Below are positions 13,965 through 27,337 of a stretch of DNA of 64,000 bases, in pieces. The stretch comes from Lytechinus pictus (lineage: Eukaryota), in NCBI RefSeq assembly GCF_037042905.1, contig NC_087252.1, positions 9,612,001 to 9,676,000 on the forward strand, read 5' to 3'. How positions within the stretch are numbered: position 1 is the first letter of the stretch; each line of letters opens with the position of its first letter. Under the pieces are notes generated by a model. It worked only from the letters and a program-made list of their open reading frames with translations. It ran no database searches and had not been told where the DNA came from. The position numbers and the translations under genes are program-made.

Positions 13965-14029
13965 CTATGAGACAAAAAGGAAAAAAATAACCACTATTAC
14001 ACAAATAACAACAATAATAATAAAATAAA

Positions 14030-14181
14030 GTTCTTGTTTCGCGCATAACACATTACGAATAATACCCCAGCTGTAGCTTGGCAGCCGTAATTACTCAGAT
14101 TACAGCGCACACGCATTTCAAGGAATAAATTCCTGTCAGGTACCCATTCACCTCACCTGGGTTGAGTGCAGCACAGTGTGT
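14030..14181 (-). mobile_element. SINE central/3' fragment
   Basis: The reverse complement contains GCTGCACTCAACCCAGGTGAGGTGAATGGGTACC, resembling conserved central domains of deuterostome SINEs. No tRNA head is visible. Confidence 0.5.
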
Positions 14182-15048
14182 GCTGCAAAAGGTGTATGAT
14201 GTTCATATTATTTTCGTGCATTGTAGGCCTACTAGTTGCTTCTTTTTAGGCGCATATTTGTGTACGTATAGGGTCAATAACGTGTTTTCGCACCGTGACA
14301 TTCAATGGATTCGATAACACAGTGAATACATTGGAAATGTCCGTGAAATGACAAAGAACAACAGGGAAGTCTTTGTCGATGATTGGTGAAACTGAGTAGC
14401 ATTTCCGTGCGAAGTTTCGGAGCATACGAAAAGTTGCAAATAACTTTTTTGTCATTGGTCCAGGGTCAGGACGAAAGCAGCTGTTTTGATAAACCGATTT
14501 TCGACTTCGACTTCTTGGTTGCACTTTGTTAGAAAGGGCATTCGACAACATGATTTCTTTTTTCGTGAATCCGTTCTGCGTCACGGTGCGAAAACTCTCT
14601 ACTAGTGAGATCACACAAAGCTTAGCGATCACCACAGAACTCCTTTTTAAGATTGAATGCATTGAATACAATATTCAATCGTGGCATAAACATCAAGCGT
14701 ACGATTAATCGTTAACCTATGTGTTACAGGACCCAGATCGACAAAGCTATCATGTTATTACCAGTCATGGGGCGCGCAACGGTTTATAAGATGTGTGTGT
14801 GCGAGTGTGGGGTATGGGCGTGTTGGCACGTGTGTGGATATGTGAGGAGGAGGGGATACGGGAGGGGGGGGGGGCTGACCATGTAGAAAAAACAAGTTTC
14901 CCGTCCCCTTCCTGTGTGAAAGAGCAAATAGGTTTATATAGCAACTATGAGGGCAATGGATAAGAGAGATAAGAAGAACATACCTACAAAGAGAGAGAGA
15001 GAGAGAGAGAAAGGGCATGGAAAGGTGTTATATAATACAGATATATGA

Positions 15049-15096
<48 letters not shown>

Positions 15097-15413
15097 ATAA
15101 TGACTATACTGATGAACCCTCAGGGGGAAACAGTCTGTACAACTAAAATCTAAGCAACTCGCTCCACCCTATTACTATACTATATTTATATATATATAAA
15201 ATAGAAATAGTCTGCTTCGGCATATGGAATAAAGTAATCACAAAAGGTTTAGTAAATGCCGTGGAAATAAAATCGTAGATTTTAGAAGGAGCATAGCTCT
15301 CAAAAATGAAAGGTAAAGTCACACTCTTCGTCAGTGCCCATGATGTGACAAAAAAAGAGGATTCAAAATCCGTTTCTGAAACAGTCGTGAAAAACACATC
15401 TGTTCATGGGCAT

Positions 15414-15532
<119 letters not shown>

Positions 15533-16497
15533 GAAGCTGTGTGGACAGCTGATAAGAAAGATAAGAAAAATATGGACCCTGCTTAAGGTTCATAATAATC
15601 CAGGAGGAAGCCTTGTATTTGGTTCGGAGCTTGACTTTTACCTACCTATCAAGTGTGTGATTTTCCTTAAAAAATTAATTGATCTTCTATGAGGATGCTT
15701 GCCGAAAAACGCATGATGAAATTGAGCAAATTGTGATTTTAACTCATTAAAACATTGAACACACGCGATTTTCAAACCAGTTTTATCTGGAACCCCCAAC
15801 GTTATTATACCTTTCATGTAGTGATTTAAATTACGAACGTAGGAAGAAAATAGCATCAACTGGAAGGAATGATTACAAAACAAAATAAATCAAATGCTTT
15901 GTATAAAGTCAAAGTTTAAGTCATCATCATAATATTTTTAAAGTTATAAAGGAGAGCAATAATCGTCGTCGGGACTAAAAAGAGAATGCCGCCACGATTT
16001 ATCCTACCGATTTACCCTCAAGGATTTCATCACGATATTTATCGTTTGTGTTTAATAAGAAATTGGAAATTATGAAAGAATAAAGGAAATTACATTATAA
16101 AGAAATAAATCGATGCATGTAAAAAGGTAATATTTTGTGTTCAATAAATTTTGTCGAGTTTATCCCCACCTCACGGGAGAAAACTCAATAGGAAAGTAAA
16201 CTCATCAGGCTAGTGGCAATAATCCTAATTTATTTTTGACAAACTAGAAATATGACATTTTCTTTCATAAGATGGATTCATTCGAAATTGCTCGAGAGTG
16301 AACATGTGAACAAAAATTAGTTTTCGCTGTTTTTAATATGCAACAGTCACATCAATATAACCGTCTCCAAAGCCGAGCTATTAAAGAAGAAAAAAGTGTA
16401 CTCCTAGTTACCAAGAATGCATAATGATAGCATTTCCATTTATTTGAATGTTGGATAAAAGAGCACCGATGACTAAAAACCTTTCTCACAGGCCTAA

Positions 16498-17007
16498 TTG
16501 TCGTGACTGGGACTCGAACCCCGGGCTTTCATAATTGCGTCTAGTGCAGGCACCTTATAGACGGTTTATTTCCTATTGGTCTAATGCCAATTCGTCTAGT
16601 TACCAACTCGTCTACTGTCATTGGGTCTATAGTCAATTCGTCCACTATCCACATGGGCTAATTGCCATTTCGTCCACTCAACATTTCGTCTAATAACCAG
16701 TTTGTCCAATAGCCATTTCGTCCATAAACAATTTGGTCTAATTGGAAAGTGTTAATTGGGCGAAATGAATGAAAAGAAAGTGGGTATGAGTCCAACTGGT
16801 TATTATACGAAATGTTTATAGACGAACTGGTGATTAGACGAAGTGATTACTGGACCAAATGGTAATTGAACCAAATGGTTCTTAGAATAAATGTTGATGG
16901 ACGGAATGGCATTAGACTAAATGAAGGTAGACCATGTGATAAGTGGACGAGTTGGCAATAGACGTATCGGCAGTTTACCCGTTAGACCACTTGGACACGG
17001 CATCTCC
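16498..17007 (-). mobile_element. tRNA-derived SINE head split by a foldback MITE
   Basis: The A-box part (rc GGAGATGCCGTGTCCAAGTGGTCTAA, 16982-17007) and the B-box part (rc GGTTCGAGTCCC, about 16508-16520) are separated by the 16563-16979 insertion. Confidence 0.6.
16563..16979. mobile_element. Compact foldback MITE made of two opposed arrays of degenerate 15-bp units
   Basis: GGT...ACC ends. Left units like CCAATTCGTCTA, right units like TAGACGAA. Degenerate TSD of about 8 bp (CCTTA[TA]GAC / CGTTAGAC). Confidence 0.7.
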
Positions 17008-17015
17008 TATGATAT

Positions 17016-17815
17016 GAAGAGCTCACTTGCAAAAGGGGTTAGGTCCATTTTTCATCAAATTTAATTTTTATGTCTCAATGTATAGATTTTTAGTAGCTCT
17101 ATAAGATGATACCAAAGAAAAGTTGAAATTCCTATTAAAAAGTGAACTAAAATGGCAAAGAAAAGGGGTTAGGTCCATTTCAGTTTAGTTGCAAAAGGGG
17201 TTAGGTCCACACAGTTTTTTTGGAAAAGAATATCACAAACATATGAAGACAGGTAGATTTATTTTATACCCAATTTTATGTTCTCATGGAAGGGTATCAT
17301 GAAAATTTGGTTTCGCATAAGAATATTGCAATATGGGAGAATTAAAACAAAGATTTTCTTGGAGTGGACCTAACCCCTTTTGCAACAAATCTCTTCTGAA
17401 GAACTCATTTGTCAAAAGGGGTTAGGTCCATTTTTCATAAATTTTATTGTTTTCTGTCTCTAAACCTCTAAATTTTTAGTCACTCTGATGATACGAAAGA
17501 AAATATGAAATTCAAATGAAAACGTGAATGAAAATGGCAAAGAAAAATCACCTATTTAATAAAAAGTGATTGGATTCATTTAAATTTACTTGCAAAAGGG
17601 GTAAGGTCCACAATGATAATTTATTTTTAAATGTAAAGAAAAAGGTTGAAGACAGGTAGATTTCTTTTATACCCAATTTTATGTTCACATGATAAGGTAG
17701 TACATCATGACAATTTAGTTTCTCATAAGAATATTGCAATAAGCGAGAATAAAAAACATGGTTTTTCTCGGAATGGTCCAAAGTGGACCTAACCCCTTTT
17801 GCAACTAACCTCTTC
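17016..17815. mobile_element. Tandem dimer of a MITE (17016-17396 and 17398-17815), Sola-like
   Basis: Each unit has TIRs GAAGA...AAAAGGGGTTAGGTCCA plus an internal copy of that motif. The dimer is flanked by ATAT on both sides. Confidence 0.75.
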
Positions 17816-18890
17816 ATATGTCAATGGTAATAACGTAATAGATTTGGTTGATCTTGAATGATTTCGTCGGTATGATAGTGCATGAACACTATTTATGTCA
17901 CGTACAATAATGAGCGCCACCGAGCAATATTGATGGAGGGGAAGGGGCGAGGGGGTGGGGCAAAACCACCTTTAATTGACGTACATAATGCGCATGCCCC
18001 TTTCAAACGGAACTCAAGGTTTTCCTTTCCTGCCAACCATACAATTAGGTGATATTTTGACATGAAAATAGGTTGCACGAGGCTGTATTATCAGTTTTAT
18101 TTTTACGGTGGGATATCATTTTTAACTCTTCGACAATGAACAATGAAATTGACAAGCTCACATTGACCCCCTACATCAAGCACCTTGGCATATCGTCACA
18201 GCGTTGACTTCGAGGCAATCAAATGACCCTCGGTTACCGTCTCGGGCGTGCTAAAACGGCTCAGAACTTATCTATCAGGGGCTATCTTAACAATGGCACA
18301 GTCACATCAGCGGAGCCGAATCACTACCGACCTCCGCTATTACGTTATTTCGACTAACATGACACCGGTCGGTTTGGACCCCGGTTTCGTTGGTGTGACG
18401 GCTTCGTTGCTATAGGTCACACGGGCCTAACTACGACTGGCAGGCAAAAGATATTCATTCGAGCCAACACATAGCTCAATTTTTAAATTTGATATTGCTG
18501 ATTGACAAAATTGAATGAATATGATTGACAATCTAACACTGATTCTAGGGAGGGTATCTACTGAACTTCCTTTTTCCAAATTGGAAAAATATATCACTAC
18601 TTTGGAACTATTTTTTTTACTGGCGGAAGAATTACGGCCATTTTACTCTCTCAAGTGATGAATTTGATCCCGTCAGGTGTAGTCTTCATAAATGCTGATT
18701 TATTTTTAAAATGAGCCGGTCGAGGTACCCTTTTCTGGTCAGATATGGAATGTCAGACATTTATCCTATCCACTGGTAGTAAGCATTCAACCCTCGAATT
18801 TCCTCCTTATATTTTATGAATTCCTTTTAAGTGCCACTTTAACACACGAGTCTATGGGAAATGAATAAGGCCTGTGATGCCTATACTGAC

Positions 18891-19113
18891 CTTCGCAGGG
18901 AAGAAGTGTCGCTTGACCTGTGTAGCGCCACCTGGCGTTTGGAGAGGGGAAGGAGAACGTCCTTTTTTCGATGTTCTCGACATCTTTTATAACCAGCCAC
19001 CATGAGGAGAAATAGCGACATTCCAACAAGGCAAGGCATGATGAATATTATGGATGAGTTGCTCTGTATCGTCACAATCAGGTTGTAGGAATTCGAACCC
19101 GTATTTCTTGATT
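18891..19113 (-). CDS. Internal exon encoding a transmembrane helix plus basic stop-transfer segment
   Basis: Acceptor cttttcttgaatacAG|AA (phase 1) and donor CGA AG|GTCAGT (phase 2). The 223-nt open exon encodes 'IIFIMPCLVGMSLFLLMVAGY-KRCREHRKK'. Confidence 0.7.
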
Positions 19114-21836
19114 CTGTATTCAAGAAAAGAGCCAAGAAGAAAATGGAAAGATATAACCGTTATTTGTACAAGTTTTGTCTTTAAACTTTTATCTAAATAT
19201 AAAAAAGACTCCAATCAAAAAAACTATTTTGAATATTGCAAACACGTACTCACGTAATCATTAAACTTCATCATTAAAAATATATTAAAAAATCAACATG
19301 TTGAAAAGAAACAATCACGAGGCTATTCTCAATCCTGCAGGCACTTATTGTCTTATTTATGTGATTTTTTAGTCTAGAGTTCATTCTCTTACTATTGATT
19401 CTAAAACATTCACTCTTAAAAGCTAAACATGATTGAAAAAAAAAAGACATATATATCGCCGAAATTTTTCATATTCACACATTTACTGGTATGTTATATT
19501 GATTGTGAAAATGTACCCAATATTATTCAGGTGGAATCCAGCGTAATAAATGAATGTATCTGAATATTGTGCCCACTCTTCTCATGGAACAACTTACGAC
19601 AGTTTTTTTCTTCTTCTAATTTTGGGAACGAATCTTCCCATCAATTGCAGGCTTTTTAAAAAATTTGATCAAAGTCTCATTTCCTCTTTTTTCGTATATT
19701 TTGCTTTATTTTTCACACTTTATCGTCTTTATTGATATTTCTCTTGTTTTACACCCCCAAATCGATTTCCCAATATTGAAACATATTACGTTTATACCTA
19801 AAAGGTTTTTAAAGGAAAAACACAAATAATAGGCTGTATGGAGAAGGCTTAAAGATGCTTTGTCAATAATAAGTGAAAAATTTGAATACAGCATAAATCC
19901 GATAAAAGCATTTCCGTTATTAAACTCGAGATAATGTTACAGAGTGCTGCATAATACCAAAAGCTTATTTGGATACATTGTGTACACATGGACATGGGGG
20001 TGATGCATTAGGCATGCAATGAATAAAACATATATATTTTCGGGTGGTATTCCTCTTGGTATATAAGGAGAGATAAGACAAAACATGAATATAGTAAAAT
20101 ATTGATAAGAGGATTAAATTGATTGAATCTATAAGAGGATTAAGAAAATGAAGAAGACAAAGAAGAAGAAAAAACTTCATTTCATAAAGTAAAACCTCTT
20201 TTTAAATAGCATATTTAAAAATAAAAAGGTAAAGGTGTAAGAAGAAGAAGAAGAAGAAGAAAAAGAAGAGGAAGAAGGAGAAGAAGGAGATGAAAGAGGA
20301 GAAAAAAGAAGAAGACAACAAGAAGAAAATGATTATATATCTGGAAGATTAGTTGTCACCTCCGGATCCGTATGACCTACATAATTCAAATAAAAAGAAA
20401 TCAATCAAAATGAGAATGAAAATTGACATATTCAAGGATGAGACATGTTTTCTTGTATTTCCATTCTCGTTTAATCCAAACATTTGAAAACGCTGCTCTT
20501 TTGCAGATTTTTATTTTGCAGTATTACTCTTAGTTTCTTCTTCTTTTTTGCATAGCACAATGTGAAGCAGATACCCTCTTTTGTTTATACGAGAAATTAA
20601 ATATTTTACATGTAAATACAAAATATCTGTCTTATGTGTACTCATTATAGTTACTGTATAATAATCACTTTGGAAATAAAATCCTGATTGGAATTACACA
20701 TCCCTAACACGTACAGGATATCAGCACATTCAAAGGTGATTATGTCAAATGTTAAAATTATGTAAATTATTCTAACAAATTAATGGGTAGTTTAATGATT
20801 AATTACTTGCATGCGAGAACCCTATAGACCTTGAAGAGCAGGTATTTTTAGTCTACCATCGGCTGCAATAATGGCTCAATGCAATAAAATATTCATAACG
20901 GCATCCCAAGTCAGTCGTAAAACACTCGCTGAAAACTGAAAGTGAACCTATAGACAAGGTCCCTAATTGAGTTGGTAATTGCAATGGCAAGGACCATAAT
21001 TTTCATCCATATAATGAATTACTCAGGTAATAATGGCACAATATTAGGGACTATGTTCTGATATCAGGGATTCAAGAACAAAGAACATTTATTGTCAAAT
21101 GTCCTACATGACAGCGAAAAACCATAAGTCTTTGTTCAAAAATTGTTGAATGAAAATAGCAGATTCGTCATCGATTCTATTACAGATGGCCTGTTTGCAA
21201 TTTTTGGTCAGTTCCTAAACTTAGATATTCGATTTGCACTTCTTTGAGGGGGGGGGGGGGGGATCCCCCCATTTTTCTTCCAAATTACCACATCATAGAC
21301 GCCTACTCAGACCTCTTCAATCGCTATGATGAAGATAAATTTGATAGTTGATATTCAGAGGCGGCGCAACATTTTGATGGGGAGAAGGGCATGAAGGTCT
21401 AAATGTGATGTCATATAATTTTTTTTTCATATCAAGTTTAAGGATATCATACAGTTACACGGCCAATACCCCTCCCTCTCTTTTACTCTTTTCCTTATTT
21501 CTGTTTTTTTATCTGCCTTTTCCCCCCTTTTCAATACTTAAGAGCCTCTGGTAATATTTCACCCCCAATTGAAGTGAAATCTGCTTATAATTTTTCTCAA
21601 GTATAATCTGGAATGTTTGTCTCAACCAAGTGACAAAATATTTAATCGATTTAAACGTGTCGTCAATAATAGAAATAATTAATCTGTTTACATAATTTTT
21701 GTTGCACCCAGTCCGGTTATAATTTGGTTTTTTTACGGTCTTGTAGGCGATTATCAATTACCACGATAAAAAAGCCTGGCGATTGCGGAGGTCTATCCAT
21801 TACAGTGCGTCCCACTAAAAGAAAATCCGTCACACC

Positions 21837-21965
21837 GGCCTCTCCGAGGGAACTGGTAATGAGGATAAATGCTTTGCCAAAGGGCACTAGCGCACCACTT
21901 GGGAATCGAACCCGGGCCACCGAAATCCGAAACCCCCGCTCTACCGACTGAGCTATCGCGCCTCC
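21837..21965 (-). mobile_element. tRNA-derived SINE, same family, 3'-truncated
   Basis: The reverse complement GGAGGCGCGATAGCTCAGTCGGTAGAGC...GGTTCGATTCCC aligns with the 11143 copy for about 130 bp. Confidence 0.85.
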
Positions 21966-23667
21966 ATTTTGGATATGTTTCGATCATGAAATTAACATTA
22001 ATCGCAAGAATGTGATCTCTTCTTTGATTGAGACCGTATACTTACTGCTTTGTTCACATATTGCGGAGCAAAAACAATTTCCTGAAAAAAAAATCTGAGA
22101 CATGTCAGAAACGAATCGCACAGAAACACACGCTCCTTTAGGGACTAGTAAAACATAAATAGCAAAGAATATGATAGATTTAGATGAGCTATCCTTTCCT
22201 TGTACAAGGCCGTAGCATTTCGAACAGATCTCGACCGATTTTTTTTTCTTCGCAACTTGATCTTGACATTAAATTTTGCAAACACTTCTTGCTCATCTAT
22301 GCGTTAATTATTCATATCGTATTTGGTACCAAAATGAAGAAGAAAAAATGAATGTTATGGTAAAATAAATGGAAGACAAGAAATCGTTTGAGTATGTTCA
22401 AGAAATAACTGGGAATCCCGGTTTTCTTTTTGTCAGACGCATTAAACATTCAGTTCATAACATACCTACATTCTTAATCTAAATCCATGTAGACAAACCA
22501 CTCCAATGTTGATACAGAAACTAGATATACATTTCTTTATGATAATTATGGATGGCGCCCACGGGGTGTAGGTGTGTAACCCCTCTTAATTATGAATTTG
22601 TGAAAAAAAAAACATAAAACCCAATATAACAAAGAAAGGAAGAAAATGGAAAACGAAGAAGTAAATGCATAAAAAAAGAGTTTTGGGGGTCAGATAACTC
22701 TAAATTACCCGTATTATATATATATATATATATATATATAAAAAGATGTCAACTAAGGGTCAGTTTGCCCATTATCTGAAAATTCCTGCGCCGCACCTGA
22801 TAATTCGCAAGGTAAGGCGTTCTAGATGAAAGACGAACTGACTGTTTGACAAAATTATAATGTATGGGATTGGTTGAAGTTTCCATGAGTGCTCAATGCC
22901 AGGCCAGTCAGAGTAAAGTATACATATGGCTCCGTAGCAGCTTAAAAAAAGTCTTCATGTTCATCCAAATTGAGCCATCGCGTTAAACAAATAAATCATT
23001 CATTCTATTTCAAAGTAGATAGGACGACTTTCAGTTTACGAGAGTTAAAGGTGTACCGTAAAGATGAAAGAAAAAATAATCTTAAAACAAACCTTTAAAA
23101 ATATGATATCGAGGAATGTTAATACAGACAAGAAGCAGCTAAACATGAGTTCGGTATGAACAGTAGCCCTACATGACGCAACTTAATCACTATGGAAACG
23201 ACATTAATATTGACATTATCGAAGAGGCGACTTTGGAAATTGTAAATATCTATCAAGAGGAGGAACAAATATCAAGAAACAATAATATACATCTAATAAT
23301 AAAATTTTATATATAGCTGATGACATTTCAAAATAATTCTACAATTACCTATTATAAAGAATATAAAACACTTGGAATAAATTCCTGACAATGGAAAATT
23401 GGCATTGCTCTTTCATGAAGGGCAGATGAAAATAAATCCTTTCTATATATAAAGGCGCCGGAAAATTATCAAATGAAATACCACACTGTACACATATTAG
23501 CAGGATTACAATAAAAACAACATATTCATCATAATGATTTTGCAAATAGTATGGGTTCAATGCAGAAAATTACAAGCTGGGTTTATAGGCTATTGGTACA
23601 CACAACCGTTTTATACACAAAACGAAACCTCAGCATAATGGTCTACATTTTTTCTTATTACTTTTAA

Positions 23668-24040
23668 GATGATGATGATAATGTTAATGGTGTTTATATG
23701 ATGATGATGATAGTGATAATGTTTGATGATGATGATATTAATGATGATGATGATGTTTATAATGATAATGGTGGTGATGATAATGTTGCTGATGATGTTG
23801 ATGGTGATAATGAATGCTGCTGCTGATGTTGAAGTTGTTGATCTTGATGATGATGGTCATGATGATGATATTGATGATGAAGTTGATGATGTTGCTGCTG
23901 CTGATGTTGTTGTTGATGATGATAATGATGTTGATGGTATTGATGATGATGATGTTGATGATGTTGTTGTTGATGATGATGATGACGACGACGACGATGT
24001 TGATGTTGATGATTTTAATGATGATAATAATGATGATGGT
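23668..24040. repeat. Degenerate (GAT)n microsatellite
   Basis: Directly visible. Confidence 0.9.
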
Positions 24041-24114
24041 GTATTACATTATATTTACATTACATTTTTACATTACATTTACATTACATACATTTTTTGG
24101 AAAGCGCATTTCAT

Positions 24115-24567
24115 TTGAGTTTCTTTGTTTAGTTTTCAAAGCTCGGCATGGCTTATCTCCATTATACTCGTCCAATTTACAAAACACATCCCATAACCTT
24201 CGATCAAGCAAACAAGCACTTCTTCAAATATCCAAAACCCACACACGCTTTTATCTTTGTAGATCATTTGCTGTAGCTGGACCAACCCTTTGAAACAAAT
24301 TACCCCTAAATATCAGACAGGCATCAACTTATTCAACTTTCAAGTCCTTACTTAAAACCCATCTTTCCGTAATTCATAACTAGGTGTAGGAAAGTACATG
24401 TAAATATTTTATTGGTAACAATTCAAATAAGTTCAAATATTAAGTAAATTTTTTTATAATTCATAGGTCTATTTCTTGTTAATTTTATGATGTGTATTTT
24501 GGTTTCCTCTATTGTAAAGCGCATAGAGAAACTTTCTGTTTATTATGCGCTATATAATTGATGTATT

Positions 24568-24602
<35 letters not shown>

Positions 24603-24605
24603 TAT
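24115..24605 (+). mobile_element. Degraded L2-clade LINE 3' end
   Basis: ORF2 C-terminal-like 'RSFAVAGPTL*N.LP...FKSLLKTHL'. 3' stem-loop TGTAAAGCGCATAGAG...TGCGCTATATAA and an (ATT)n tail. Confidence 0.65.
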
Positions 24606-24637
24606 GATAATGACGATGATGATGTGAATTGTTCCAG

Positions 24638-24808
24638 GGTCTCGTTACACAATGCCTAGCGAGTGATCGTACGATTGACTTTCGCGACTGAATACTTTGT
24701 GTATTCGCACTTCTATTTTTTTTTAATCAACACACAATCCATAATGTTCAAATATCAATCTTAAACATCAACTTTACGATTAATCACCAATATTTGTGTG
24801 ATGGGTCT
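24638..24808. mobile_element. PIF/Harbinger-like MITE, diverged
   Basis: Degenerate TIRs of the 6680-6824 family, with CAG/CTG flanks. Confidence 0.55.
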
Positions 24809-25221
24809 CTGAAGTACATAATGGCCATCACAACCAAACCTTAAAAAATCTAAGAGTGGCCCAGAATCTCAATCCCCCCACAAAAAAAAATCATGTTCGT
24901 ACATTCCAATAATAATTTTTTTAAGCATTCATCTATCTCTCTGCCTACAGTAGGGTTATTTATGTTGTTTACCATTAAACCATATGTTAAGACTTGACCA
25001 TCACTCCCTCCCTATAATGCAATTACAACAGACTATTGGCATCTATCTATTTTAAGCACTGAAAACAATATTTAATTACGTCTTTTTATTTTCAAAACAA
25101 ATAAGTGTGTATGCTCTGTGTCGTCTAAACACTTATCAATGGTGCAGACGAGAGAGAGAGAGAGATGGGGGAGTGTGTGTGTATGTGTGTGTGTGGAAGG
25201 GGGTGGGATGGATGAAACAAT

Positions 25222-25645
25222 GGTGACCCGACAATTGCTCCGCCGACATCTGCTCCGCCGACAATTGCTACGCAAAATAAGACAGTTGCTCCGCCGACAA
25301 TTGCTCCGGACAATTGCTCCGCCGACAGTTGCTCCGTCGACACTTGCTCCGCCGATATGTGCTCCGTCGACACTTGCTCCGCCGATATTTGCTCCGCCGA
25401 TATTTGCTCCGCCGACATGTGCTCCGCCGACATCTGCTCCGCCGAAAATTGCTCCACCGACAATTGCTCCGCCGATAATTGCTCCGCCGACATCTGCTCC
25501 GATTATACGACAATTGCTCCGCGACAATTGCTCCGCCGATATTTGCTCCGCCGAAAATTGCTCCGATTATACGACAATTGCTCCGCGACAATTGCTCCGC
25601 CGATATTTGCTCCGCCGATATCTGCTCCGATTATACGACAATTGC
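25222..25645 (+). repeat. Left TIR: tandem 15-bp units (consensus about GACAATTGCTCCGCC)
   Basis: Directly visible array with ordered variant units. Confidence 0.95.
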
Positions 25646-27287
25646 ATGAACATCTTATTTCTCCAAGTTGGGTATGTTAATTGATAAGAAATTCATCCTG
25701 ATACAAATTGTTTTGTCGTTGTTTAGTTCTTGTTATTCGTTAATGTTTTATTTATTTTATTCTCCCCCTATCATCACAACTTTCTGCTTAAAAAACAAAA
25801 CAAATTGTTCTCCCTGCCGCTGCCACTTGACAAATTGTAACGGAGAAGGGGAATGACACACTCCCCATTGAAATTGTGAATCTGGATTTTTGTTCATATA
25901 TTATTATCATTGGTTTCACTCCGGTCTTGAGCGGGGAGAGAATGGGGGGGGGGGGTGCTGGACACAATATCTCTTCTGCTTTCCAGCAACTTATACACCA
26001 TACATTCGCGCGGGCTCTCTCTCTCTCTCTTTCTCGTTTTGTTCTTTCACGTTGTTTATTTTTATTGGTGACCGTTTGATTTATTGTATATTTATCAGTA
26101 TTATAATTATTAATATTTGTATCAATAATTTTTATTTACGTCTTCGGCCTTATCTACCCTTGCACTTTTTTTCCTTCAATTTGTTTCAAACGAAAGTATG
26201 ATCATCACTGGCGTACAGATGGGGGAGGGACGTGCTAGGGGTCACGGATCCCCCCATTCTCCCTACCAATGAAAAAAAAAGAATAAAGGAAAGGAAAATA
26301 AATGTCATCCTTGTCTCGCCCCCTCCATTTTTTGTTGTTGGCTCATTACGCTACTGGTGAGTTACTATAAAACTAGACTTCGGTTGTATTTTTGTTCTAT
26401 TCTGTGCAAAGCGACAATATAAATATATTATAATAAATGAATATATGTATGTATCTCTCTCATTACGTCTAAACAAATAATGTTATTTTTAAAAGACAAT
26501 AATATATATACCAGCAATAATATAGTTACAAATTCATGAAACCCAATACGCATCTCACTGAATTTATAATGCGAGCACAAAGCACGAGCTGTTATTGACA
26601 TTGAAAGGGGACATTTATACGCCTTTTTTAAATTGTAAACATGAAGCATATCTCAGGGGGGGGGGGATATCTCGTAAAAGAAATGAGAGCACGATGCGTT
26701 AATTTAATATTTTGGATATATTTACCAGAGTTACAATTCTATATATTTCTTTTTCTTTGTGTTATTTCTTTCGACAAACTGTAATTGAAGTATTAAAGAG
26801 GATATAGGCTGTAATGCCTGCTGATCATGATAGAATGTGGACTATTTTGCTGATTCATTAGATCTTAACATGTGTTCTTTAAATTGGGAAATTTGGGTAC
26901 ATGTTAAAAACACAGGCATTGTGCATTCAGATGCACATTGTGGAAATGAGATTCAGTATTCCTTGCAGCTAAGAAAGGTTTTGAAAATGACACTACTCTC
27001 AATTACATGTATACTGTGTCCATAGTTGCGAGTGTGTGAAAAATGAAGGTGTTTGCAGTCATTAAAGTGTAGTTTTGGTTGGAAAACGTTAATAAAACTG
27101 TCGAGAACGTACAGTCTTCATGATTTCATTTATCTCATGTTCTGATCAGTAAATCAAATAAAAAAATGATAATGACAAGAACTTGTTAAGTTTATCCTTC
27201 TATTTCAATCCCATGAATAAACAGAAATCGCGTTCAGAAATAATAAGTCATACACATCCTTTTTTCCTCAAGCTCTCACTCACTCCC

Positions 27288-27323
<36 letters not shown>

Positions 27324-27337
27324 TCCATAACCCTTTT

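Noticed and set aside
14246..14671. 141-aa - strand ORF in the intron of the membrane-protein gene
   Set aside because: Non-ATG start, overlap with a MITE remnant, no clear splice sites and no domain.
23723..24293. Asp-rich and Met/Leu-rich ORFs; likewise ORFs at 15306-15593, 39339-39521, 43313-43856 and 49563-50072
   Set aside because: Translations of micro- and minisatellites.
25072..25684. Overlapping ORFs resembling pentapeptide-repeat or Arg-rich proteins (GGANI, APPTI, LLRRQ); same at 31748-32255
   Set aside because: Artefact of a 15-bp, largely stop-free repeat unit that is open in most frames. The arrays are transposon TIRs.
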